A program made the position numbers and the translations under genes. This document shows positions 27,501-40,700 of a DNA stretch of 64,000 nucleotides, piece by piece (position 1 is the first letter of the stretch; each line of letters begins with the position of its first letter). Source of the DNA: the human T2T-CHM13v2.0 reference genome, Homo sapiens; NCBI RefSeq assembly GCF_009914755.1, contig NC_060933.1. The stretch is one strand, 5' to 3'. The notes under the pieces were generated by a model that worked only from the letters and a program-made list of their open reading frames with translations, was not told the origin of the DNA and did not search any database.

Positions 27501-30500
27501 ATGGAATGGAATGGAATGGAATTAACCCGAATACAATGGAATGGAATGGAATGGAACGGAATGGAGTGGAATGGAATGGAATGAACCCGAGTGCAGGGGA
27601 ATGGAATGGAATGGAATGCAATGGAATGGAATCATCCGGAATGGAATGGAATGGAATGGAATGCAAAGCAATGGAATCAACTCGATTGCAATGGAATGGA
27701 ATGGAATGGAAAGGAATACATGGGAATCAACCCGAGTGGAATGGAATGGAAAGGACTGGAATGGAGTGGAATGGAATGGAATGGAATGGAATGGAATCAA
27801 CTCGATTGGAATGGAATGGAATGGAATGGAATGGAATTAACCCGAATAGAATGGAATGGAATGGAATGGAACGGAACGGAATGGAATGGAATGGAATGGA
27901 ATGGAATGGAATGGAATGGAATGGAATGGAATCAACCCGACTGCAGGGGAATGGAATGGAATGGAATGCAATGGAATGGAATCTTCCGGAATGGAATGGA
28001 ATGGAATGGAATGGAATGAAATGCAATGGATTCAACTCGATTGCAATGGAATGGAATAGAATGGAATGGAATGGAATGGAATGGAATTAATCCGAATAGA
28101 ATGGAATGGAATGGAATGGAACGGAATGGAACGGAATGGAATGGAATGGAATGGAATGGAATGGAATGGTATGGAATGGAATGGAATGGTATGGAATAGA
28201 ATGGAATGGAACGAATTGTAATGGAATGGAATTGAATGGAATGGAATGGAATGGATTGGAATCAACGCGAGTGCAGGGGAATGTAATGGAACGGAATGCA
28301 ATGGAATGTAATCATCCGGAATGGAATGGAATGGAATGGAATGGAATGGAATGGAATGGAATCAACCCGAGTGCAATGGAATGTAATGGAGAGTAAGGGA
28401 GTTGAATAGAATCAATCCGAATGTAATGGAATGGAATGCAACGGAATGGAATGGAATGGAATGGAATGGAATGGAATGCAATGGAATTGAATCAACCCGA
28501 GTACAATGGAATGGAATGGAATGGAATGGAATGGAATGGAATGGAATGATACGGAATAGAATGGAATGGAACGAAATGGAATGGAATGGAATGGAATGGA
28601 ATGGAATGGAATGGAATTGAATGGAATGGAATGGAATCGCTCCGAATGGAATAGGAGGGAATGTATTCGAGTGGAATGGAAAGGAATGGTATCAACCAGA
28701 GTGGAATGGAAGGGAATGGAATGGAATGGAAACTAATAGAATGGAATCAACCCGAGTGGAATGGAATGGAAAGGACTGGAATGGAATGGAATGGAATGGA
28801 ATCAACTCGATTGTAATGGAATGGAATGGAATGGAATGGAATGGAATTAACCCGAATACAATGGAATGGAATGGAATGGAACGGAATGGAGTGGAATGGA
28901 ATGGAATGAACCCGAGTGCAGGGGAATGGAATGGAATGGAATGCAATGGAATGGAATCATCCGGAATGGAATGGAATGGAATGGAATGCAAAGCAATGGA
29001 ATCAACTCGATTGCAATGGAATGGAATGGAATGGAAAGGAATACATGGGAATCAACCCGAGTGGAATGGAATGGAAAGGACTGGAATGGAGTGGAATGGA
29101 ATGGAATGGAATGGAATGGAATCAACTCGATTGGAATGGAATGGAATGGAATGGAATGGAATTAACCCGAATAGAATGGAATGGAATGGAATGGAACGGA
29201 ACGGAATGGAATGGAATGGAATGGAATGGAATGGAATGGAATGGAATGGAATCAACCCGACTGCAGGGGAATGGAATGGAATGGAATGCAATGGAATGGA
29301 ATCTTCCGGAATGGAATGGAATGGAATGGAATGGAATGAAATGCAATGGATTCAACTCGATTGCAATGGAATGGAATAGAATGGAATGGAATGGAATGGA
29401 ATGGAATGGAATTAACCCGCATAGAATGGAATGGAATGGAATGGAATGGAATGGAATGGAATTAATTCGAATCGAATGGAATGGAATGGAATGGAATGGA
29501 ATGGAATCAACTCGATTGCAATCGAATGGAATGGAATGGAATTAACCCGAATGGAATGGAATGGAATGGAATGGAACGGAACGGAATGGAATGGAATGGA
29601 ATGGAATGGAACGGAAAGGAAGGGAATGGAATGGAATAGAATGGAATGGAATGGAATCAACGCGAGTGCAGGGGAATGGAATGGAATGGAATGCAATGGA
29701 ATGGAATCTTCCGGAATGGAATGGAATGGAATGGAATGGAATGGAATCAACCCGAGTGCAATGGAATGGAGTGGAATGGAATGGAATGGAATGGAACAAC
29801 CCGAATGGAATGGAATGTAATGGAGAGTAAGGGAGTTGAATAGAATCAATCCGAATGTAATGGAATGGAATGGAACGGAATGTAATTGAATGGAATGGAA
29901 TGGAATGCAATGGAATCGAATCAACCCGAGTGCAATGGAATGGAGAGGAATGGAATGGAATGGAATGGAAACTACCCGAATGGAATGGAATGTAATGGAG
30001 TGTAAGGGAATTGAATAGAATCAATCCGAATGTAATGGAATGGAATGGAACGGAATGGAATGGAATGGAATGGAATGGAATGGAATGGAATGCAATGGAA
30101 TGGAATCAACCCGAGTGCAATCGAATGGAATCGAATGGAATGGAATGCAATGGAATGGATTCAACTTGAATGGAATGGAAAGAATGGAATCAACACGAGT
30201 GGAATGGCATGGATTGGAATGAAATGGAATGGAATCAACCCGAGTACAGGGGAATGGAATGGAATGGAATGCAATGGAATGGAATCATCCGTAATGGAAT
30301 GGAAAGGAATGGAATGGAAAGGAATCAACTCGATTGCAATAGAATGGAATGGAATGGAATTAACCCGAATAGAATGGAATGGAATGGAATGGAACGGAAC
30401 GGAATGGAATGGAATGGAATGGAATGGAATGGAACGGAATGGAATGGAATGGAATGGAATGGAATCAACGCGAGTGCAGGGGAATGGAATGGAATGGAAT

Positions 30501-31335
30501 GCAATGGAATGGAATCTTCCGGAATGGAATGGAATGGAATGGAATGAAATGCAATGGATTCAACTCGATTGCAATGGAATGGAATAGAATGGAATGGAAT
30601 GGAATGGAATGGAATTAATCCGAATAGAATGGAATGGAATGGAATGGAACGGAATGGAACGGAATGGAATGGAATGGAATGGAATGGAATGGTATGGAAT
30701 GGAATGGAATGGTACGGAATAGAATGGAATGGAACGAATTGTAATGGAATGGAATTGAATGGAATGGAATGGAATCAACGCGAGTGCAGGGGAATGTAAT
30801 GGAACGGAATGCAATGGAATGGAATCATCCGGAATGGAATGGAATGGAGTGGAATGGAATGGAATGGAATGGAATGGAATCAACCCGAGTGCAATGGAAT
30901 GGAGTGGAATGGAATGGAATGGAATGGAACAACCCGAATGGAGTGGAATGTAACGTAGAGTAAGGGAGTTGAATAGAATCAATCCGAATGTAATGGAATG
31001 GAATGCAACGGAATGGAATGGAATGGAATGGAATGGAATGCAATGGAATTGAATCAACCCGAGTACAAAGGAATGGAATGGAATGGAATGGAATGGAATG
31101 GAATGGAATGGAATGATACGGAATAGAATGGAATGGAATGGAATGGAATGGAATGGAATGGAATGGAATGGAATGGAATCGTTCCGAGTGGAATAGGAGG
31201 GAATGTGTTCGAGTGGAATGGAAAGGAATGGTATCAACCAGAGTGGAATGGAAGGGAATGGAATGGAATGGAAACTAATAGAATGGAATCAACCCGAGTG
31301 GAATGGAATGGAAAGGACTGGAATGGAATGGAATG
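18586..31335 (+). repeat. Large tandem duplication, copy B (about 12.75 kb, with one extra 1.32 kb unit)
   Basis: The offset to copy A rises from about 11430 to 12748 after the 1.32 kb sub-array (16664/29412, 17292/30040, 18011/30759). Confidence 0.95.
25338..29410 (+). repeat. Three tandem copies of the 1320 bp unit
   Basis: CTTCCGG at about 25343, 26663, 27983 and 29303. Identical ORFs at 26047, 27367 and 28692. Confidence 0.95.
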
Positions 31336-34300
31336 GAATGGAATCAACTCGATTGTAATGGAATGGAATGGAATGGAATGGAATGGAATGGAATGGAATT
31401 AACCCGAATACAATGGAATGGAATGGAATGGAACGGAATGGAGTGGAATGGAATGGAATCATCCCGAGTGCAGGGGAATGGAATGGAATGGAATGCAATG
31501 GAATGGAATCACCCGGAATGGAATGGAATGGAATGGAATGCAAAGCAATGGAATCAACTCGAATGCAATGGAATGGAATGGAATGGAAAGGAATACATTG
31601 GAATCAACGCGAGTGGAATGGAATGGAAAGGACTGGATTGGAGTGGAATGGAATGGAATGGAATGGAATGGAATCAACTCGATTGGAATGGAATGGAATG
31701 GAATGGAATGGAATTAACCCGAATAGAATGGAATGGAATGGAATGGAACGGAATGGAACGGAATGGAATGGAATGGAATGGAATGGAATGCAATGGAATG
31801 GAATCAACCCGAGTACAATGGAATGGAATGGAATGGAATGGAATGGAATGGAATGGAATGGAATGATACGGAATGGAATGGAATGGAACGAAATGGAATG
31901 GAATGGAATGGAATGGAATGGAATGGAATGGAATGGAATGGAATGGAATCGTTCCGAGTGGAATAGGAGGGAATGTATTCGAGTGGAATGGAAAGGAATG
32001 GAATCAACCAGAGTGGAATGGAAGGGAATGGAATGGAATGGAAACTAATAGAATGGAATCAACCCGAGTGGAATGGAATGGAAAGGACTGGAATGGAATG
32101 GAATGGAATGGAATCAACTCGATTGTAATGGAATGGAATGGAATGGAATGGAATGGAATGGAATGGAATTAAACCGAATACAATGGAATGGAATGGAATG
32201 GAACGCAATGGAGTGGAATGGAATGGAATCAACCCGAGTGCAGGGGAATGGAATGGAATGCAATGCAATGGAATGGAATCATCCGGAATGGAATGGAATG
32301 GAATGGAATGCAAAGCAATCGAATCAACTCGATTGCAATGGAATGGAATGGAATGGAAAGGAATACATTGGAATCAACCCGAGAGGAATGGAATGGAAAG
32401 GACTGGAATGGAGTGGAATGGAATGGAATGGAATGGAATGGAATGGAATGGAATGGAATCAACTTGATTGGAATGGAATGTAATGGAATGGAATGGAATC
32501 AACCCGACTGCAGGGGAATGGAATGGAATGGAATGCAATGGAATGGATTCAACTTGAATGGAATGGAAAGAATGGAATCAACACGAGTGGAATGGCATGG
32601 ATTGGAATGGAATGGAATGCAATCAACCCGAGTACAGGGGAATGGAATGGAATGGAATGCAATGGAATGGAATCATCCGTAATGGAATGGAAAGGAATGG
32701 AATGGAATGGAATGGAATGGAATGGAATCGACTCGATTGCAATCGAATGGAATGGAATGGAATTAACCCGAATAGAATGGAATGGAATGGAATGGAACGG
32801 AACGGAACGGAATGGAATGGAATGGAATGGAATGGAATGGAACGGAAAGGAATGGAATGGAATGGAATGGAATGGAATGGAATGGAATTAACGCGATTGC
32901 AGGGGAATGGAATGGAATGGAATGCAATGGAATGGAATCTTCCGGAATGGAATGGAATTGAATGGAATGGAATGGAATGGAATGGAATCAACCCGAGTGC
33001 AATGGAATGGAGTGGATTGGAATGGAATGGAATGGAACAACCCGAATGGAATGGAATGTAATGGAGACTAAGGGAGTTGAATAGAATCAAACCGAATATA
33101 ATGGAATGGAATGGAACGGAATGGAATTGAATGGAATGGAATGGAATGCAATGGAATCGAATCAACCCGAGTACAATGGAACGGAATGGAATGGAATGTA
33201 ATGGAATGGAATGGAATGGAATGTAATGGAATGGAATGGAATGGAATGGAATGCAATGGAATGGAATCAACCCGAGTACAATGGAATGGAATGGAATGGA
33301 ATGGAATGGAATGGAATGGAATGGAATGGAATGGAATGCAATGGAATGGAATCAACCCGAGTGCAATCGAAAGGTATCGAATGGAATGGAATGCAATGGA
33401 ATGGAATCAACTTGAATGGAATGGAAAGAATGGAATCAACACGAGTGGAATGGCATGGATTGGAATGGAATGGAATGGAATCAACCCGAGTACAGGGGAA
33501 TGGAATGGAATGGAATGCAATGGAATGGAATCATCCGTAATGGAATGGAAAGGAATGGAATGGAATGGAATGGAATGGAATCAACTCGATTGCAATCGAA
33601 TGGAATGGAATGGAATTAACCCGAATAGAATGGAATGGAATGGAATGGAACGGAACGGAATGGAATGGAATGGAATGGAATGGAACGGAACGGAATGGAA
33701 TGGAATGGAATGGAATGGAATGGAATAAACGCGAGTGCAGGGGAATGGAATGGAATGGAATGCAATGGAATGGAATCTTTCGGAATGGAATGGAATGGAA
33801 TGGAATGGAATGAAATGCAATGGATTCAACTCGATAGCAATGGAATGTAATAGAATGGAATGGAATGTAAAGGAATGGAATTAATCCGAATAGAATGGAA
33901 TGGAATGGAATGGAACGGAACGGAACGGAATGGAATGGAATGGAATGGAATGGAATGGAATGGTATGGAATGGAATGGAATGGTACGGAATAGAATGGAA
34001 TGGAACGAATTGTAATGGAATGGAATTGAATGGAATGGAATGGAATGGAATGGAATCAACGCGAGTGCAGGGGAATGTAATGGAACGGAATGCAATGGAA
34101 TGGAATCATCCGGAATGGAATGGAATGGAATGGAATGGAATGGAATCAACCCGAGTGCAATGGAATGGAGTGGAATGGAATGGAATGGAATGGAACAACC
34201 CCAATGGAATGCAATGTAATGGAGAGTAAAGGAGTTGAATAGAATCAATCCGAATGTAATGGAATGGAATGCAACGGAATGGAATGGAATGGAATGGAAT

Positions 34301-34739
34301 GGAATGCAATGGAATGGAATGGAATGGAATCAACGCGAGTGCAGGGGAATGGAATGTAATGGAATGCAATGGAATGGAATCTTCCGGAATGGAATGGGAT
34401 GGAATGGAATGGAATCAACCCGAGTGCAATGGAATGGAGTGGAATGGACTGGAATGGAATGGAACAACCCGAATGGAATCGAATGTAATGGAGAGTAAGG
34501 GAGTTGAATTGAATCAATCCGAATGTAATGGAATGGAATGGAACGGAATGGAATTGAATGGAATGGAATGGAATGCAATGGAATGGAATCAACCCGAGTG
34601 CAATGGAATGGAGAGGAATGGAATGGAATGGAGTGGAAACTACCCGAATGGAATGGAATGTAATGGAGTGTAAGGGAATTGAATACAATCAATCCGAATA
34701 TAATGGAAAGGAATGGAACTGAATGGAATGGAATGGAAT

Positions 34740-37700
34740 GGAATGGAATGGAATGGAATGCAATGGAATGGAATCAACACGAGTGCAATCGAATGGAATC
34801 GAATGGAATGGAATGCAATGGAATGGAATCATCTCGATTGCAATCGAATGGAATGGAATGGAATTAACCCGAATAGAATGGAATGGAATGGAATGGAAAG
34901 GAACGGAATGGAATGGAATGGAATGGAATGGAACGGAACGGAATGGAATGGAATGGAATGGAAATGAATCAACGCAAGTGCAGGGGAATGGAATGGAATG
35001 GAATGCAATGGAATGGAATCTTCCGGAATGGAATGGAATGGAATGGAATGGAATGAAATGCAATGGATTCAACTCGATTTCAATGGAATGCAATAGAATG
35101 GAATTGAATGGAATGGAATGGAATTAACCCGAATAGAATGGAATGGAATGCAATGGAACTGAATGGAACGGAATGGAATGGAATGGAATGGAATGGAATC
35201 ATCGCGAGTGCAGGGGAATGTAATGGAACGGAATGCAATGGAATGGAATCATCCGGAATGGAATGGAATGGAATGGAATGGAATGGAATGGAATGGAATC
35301 AACCCGAGTGCAATGGAATGGAGTGGAATGGAATGGAATGGAATGGAATGGAACAACCCGAATGGAAAGGAATGGAATGCAGAGTAAGGGAGTTGAATAG
35401 AATCAATCCGAATGTAATGGAATGGAATGCAACGGAATGGAATTGAATGGAATGGAATGGAATGCAAGGGAATGCAATCAACCCGAGTACAATGGAATGG
35501 AATGGAATGGAATGGAATGGAATGGAATGGAATGGAATGCCTTCAAACCGAATGGAATGGAAAGGAATGGAATCAACACGAGTGGAATGGAATGGAATGG
35601 AATGGAATGGAATGGAATGGAATGATACGGAATAGAATGGAATGGAACGAAATGGAATGCAATGGAATGGAATGGAATGGAATGGAATGGAATGGAATGG
35701 AATGGAATCGTTCCGAGTGGAATAGGAGGGAATGTATTCGAGTGGAATGGAAAGGAATGGAATGGAATGGAAAGGAATACATTGGAATCAACCCGAGTGG
35801 AATGGCATGGAAAGGACTGTAATGGAGTGGAATGGAATGGAATGGAATGGAATGGAATGGAATCAACTCGACTGGAATGGAATGGAATGGAATGGAATAG
35901 AATGGAATTAACCCGAATAGAATGGAATGGAATGGAATGGAACGGAATGGAACGGAATGGAATGGAATGGAATGGAATGGAAAGGAATGGAATGGAACGG
36001 AAAGGAATGGAATGGAATGGAATGGAACGGAATGGAATGGAATGGAATGGAATCAACGCGAGTGCAGGGGAATGGAATGGAATGGAATGCAATGGAATGG
36101 AATCTTCCGGAATGGAATGGATTTGAATGGAATGGAATGGAATGGAATGGAATAAACCCGAGTGCAATGGAATGGAGTGGAATGGAATGCAATGGAATGG
36201 AATCAACCCGAGTGCAATCGAATGGAATCGAATGGAATGGAATGCAATGGAATGGATTCAACTTGAATGGAATGGAAAGAATGGAATCAACACGACTGGA
36301 AAGGCATGGATTGGAATGCAATGGAATGGAATCAACCCGAGTACAGGGGAATGGAATGGAATGGAATGCAATGGAATGGAATCATCCGTAATGGAATGGA
36401 AAGGAATGGAATGGAATGGAATGGAATGGAATGGAATGGAATCAACACGATTGCAATCGAATGGAATGGAATCAATTAACCCGAATAGAATGGAATGGAA
36501 TGGAATGGAACAGAACGGAATGGAATGGAATGGAATGGAATGGAACGGAACAGAAAGGAATGGAATGGAATGGAATGGAATGGAATGGAATGGAATGGAA
36601 TGGAATCAACGCGAGTGCAGGGGAATGAAATGGAATGGAATCATCCGGAATGGAATGGAATGGAATGGAATGGAATGGAATCAACCCGAGTGCAATGGAA
36701 TGGAGTGGAATGGAATGGAATGGAATGGAACAACCCGAATGGAATGGAATGAAATGGAGAGTAAGGGAGTTGAATAGAATCAATCCGAACGTAATGGAAT
36801 GGAATGCAGCGGAATGGAATGGAATGGAATGGAATGCAATGGAATGGAATCAACCCGAGTACAATGGAATGGAATGGAATGGAATGGAATGGAATGGAAT
36901 GGAATGGAATCGATTGGAATACCTTCAAACCGAATGGAATGGAATGGAATGGAACGGAATGTAATGTAATGGAATGGAATGGAAAAAACCCGAGTGCAGG
37001 GGAATGGAATGGAATGGAATGCAATGGAGTGGAATCATCCGGAATGGAATGGAATGGAATGCAATGGAATGGAATGGAATGGAATGGAATGGAATGGAAT
37101 GGAATCAACCCGAGTGCAATGGAATGGAGTGAAATGGAATGGAATGGAATGGAGACAACCAGAATGGATTGGAATATAATGGAGTGTAAGGGAATTGAAT
37201 AGAATCAATCTGAATGTAATGAAATGGAATGGAACGGAATGGAATGGAATGTAATGTAATGGAATGGAATGCAATGGAATGGAATCAACCCGAGTGCAAT
37301 CGAATGGAATCGAATGGAATGGAATGCAATGGAATGGATTCAACTTGAATGGAATGGAAAGAATGGAATCAACACGAGTGGAATGGCATGGATTGGAATG
37401 GAATGGAATGGAATCAACCCGAGTATAGGGGAATGGAATGGTATGGAATGCAATGGAGTGGAATAATCCGTAATGGAATGGAAAGGAATTGAATGGAATG
37501 GAATGGAATGGAATGGAATGGAATGGAATCAACTCGATTGCAATCGAATGGAATGGAATGGAATTAACCCGAATAGAATGGAATGGAATGGAATGGAACG
37601 GAACGGAACGGAATGGAATGGATTGGAATGGAATGGAATGGAACGGAAAGGAATGGAATGGAATGGAATGGAATGGAATGGAATGGAATGGAATGGAATC

Positions 37701-40700
37701 AACGCGAGTGCAGGGGAATGGAAAGGAATGGAATGCAATGGAATGGAATCTTCCGGAATGGAATGGAATGGAATGGAATGGAATGGAATGGAATAAACCC
37801 GAGTGCAATGGAATGGAGTGGAATGGAATGGAATGGAATGGAACAACACGAATGGAATGGAATATAATGGAGAGTAAGGGAGTTGAATAGAATCAATCCG
37901 AATGTAATGGAATGGAATGGAACGGAATGGAATTGAATGGAATGGAATGGAATGGAATGGAATGGAATGGAATCAACCCGAGTGCAATGGAATGGAGAGG
38001 AATGGAATAGAATGCAATGGAAACTACCCGAATGGAATGGAATGTAATGGAGTGTAAGGCAATTGAATAGAATCAATCCGAATGTAATGGAATGGAATGT
38101 AATGGAATGGAATGGAATGGAATGGAATGGAATGGAATGGAAGGCAATGGAATGGAATCAACCCGAGGGCAATCGAATGGAATGGAATGCAATGGAATGG
38201 ATTCAACTTGAATGGAATGGAAAGAATGCAATCAACACGAGTGGAATGGCATGGATTGGAATGGAATGGAATGGAATCAACCCGAGTACAGGGGAATGGA
38301 ATGGAATGGAATGCAATGGCATGGAATCATCCGTAATGGAATGGAAAGGAATGGAATGGAATGGAATGGAATGGAATGGAATGGAATGGAATCAACTCGA
38401 TTGCAATCGAATGGAATGGAATGGAATTAACCCGAATAGAATGGAATGGAATGGAATGGAACGGAACGGAATGGAAAGGAATGGAATGGAACGGAACGGA
38501 ATGGAATGGAATGGAATGGAATGGAATCAACGCGAGTGCAGGGGAATGGAATGGAATGGAATGCAATGGAATGGAAACTTCCGGAATGGAATGGAATGGA
38601 ATGGAATGAAATGCAATGGATTCAACTCGATTGCAATGGAATGGAATAGAATGGAATGGAATGGCATGAAATGGAATTAATCCGAATAGAATGGAATGGT
38701 ATGGAAAGGAATGGAATGGTACGGAATAGAATGGAATGGAACGAATTGTAATTGAATGGAATTGAATGGAATGGAATGGAATGGAATGGAATCAACGCGA
38801 GAGCAGGGGAATGTAATGGAACGGAATGCAATGGAATGGAATCATCCGGAATGGAATGGAATGGAATGGAATGGAATGGAATGGAATCAACCGGAGTGCA
38901 ATGGAATGGAGTGGAATGGAATGGAATGGAATAGAACAACCCGAATGGAATGGAATGTAATGGAGAGTAAGGGAGTTGAATAGAATCAATCCGAATGTAA
39001 TGGAATGGAATGCAACGGAATGGAATGGAATGGAATGGAATGGAATGGAATGCAATGGAATGGAATCAACCCGAGTACAATGTAATGGAATGGAATGGAA
39101 TGGAATGGAATGGAATGGAATGGAATGGAATGGAATCAACCCGAGTGCAATCGAATGGAATCGAATGGAATGGAATGCAATGGAATGGAATCAACTCGAT
39201 TGCAATCGAATGGAATGGAATGGAATTAACCCGAATAGAATGGAATGGAATGGAATGGAAAGGAACGGAATGGAATGGAATGGAATGGAATGGAACGGAA
39301 CGGAATGGAATGGAATGGAATGGAAAGGAATCAACGCAAGTGCAGGGGAATGGAATGGAATGGAATGCAATGGAATGGAATCTTCCGGAATGGAATGGAA
39401 TGGAATGGAATGGAATGAAATGCAATGGATTCAACTCGATTGCAATGGAATGGAATAGAATGGAATTGAATGGAATGGAATGGAATTAACCCGAATAGAA
39501 TGGAATGCAATGCAATGGAACTGAATGGAACGGAATGGAATGGAATGGAATGGAATGGAATCATCGCGAGTGCAGGGGAATGTAATGGAACGGAATGCAA
39601 TGGAATGGAATCATCCGGAATGGAATGGAATGGAATGGAATGGAATGGAATGGAATGGAATCAACCCGAGTGCAATGGAATGGAGTGGAATGGAATGGAA
39701 TGGAATGGAATGGAATGGAACAACCCGAATGGAATGGAATGGAATGCAGAGTAAGGGAGTTGAATAGAATCAATCCGAATGTAATGGAATGGAATGCAAC
39801 GGAATGGAATTGAATGGAATGGAATGGAATGCAAGGGAATGCAATCAACCCGAGTACAATGGAATGGAATGGAATGGAATGGAATGGAATGGAATGGAAT
39901 GGAATGGAATGGAATGCCTTCAAACCGAATGGAATGGAAAGGAATGGAATCAACACGAGTGGAATGGAATGGAATGGAATGGAATGGAATGGAATGGAAT
40001 GGAATGATACGGAATAGAATGGAATGGAACGAAATGGAATGGAATGGAATGGAATGGAATGGAATGGAATGGAATGGAATGGAATGGAATCGTTCCGAGT
40101 GGAATAGGAGGGAATGTATTCGAGTGGAATGGAAAGGAATGGAATGGAATGGAAAGGAATACATTGGAATCAACCCGAGTGGAATATGAGGGAATGTATT
40201 CGAGTGGAATGGAAAGGAATGGAATGGAATGGAAAGGAATACATTGGAATCAACCCGAGTGGAATGGAATGGAAAGGACTGTAATGGAGTGGAATGGAAT
40301 GGAATGGAATGGAATGGAATGGAATCAACTCGACTGGAATGGAATGGAATGGAATGGAATAGAATGGAATTAACCCGAATAGAATGGAATGGAATGGAAT
40401 GGAACGGAATGGAACGGAATGGAATGGAATGGAATGGAATGGAAAGGAATGGAATGGAACGGAAAGGAATGGAATGGAATGGAATGGAACGGAATGGAAT
40501 GGAATGGAATGGAATCAACGCGAGTGCAGGGGAATGGAATGGAATGGAATGCAATGGAATGGAATCTTCCGGAATGGAATGCATTTGAATGGAATGGAAT
40601 GGAATGGAATGGAATAAACCCGAGTGCAATGGAATGGAGTGGAATGGAATGCAATGGAATGGAATCAACCCGAGTGCAATCGAATGGAATCGAATGGAAT

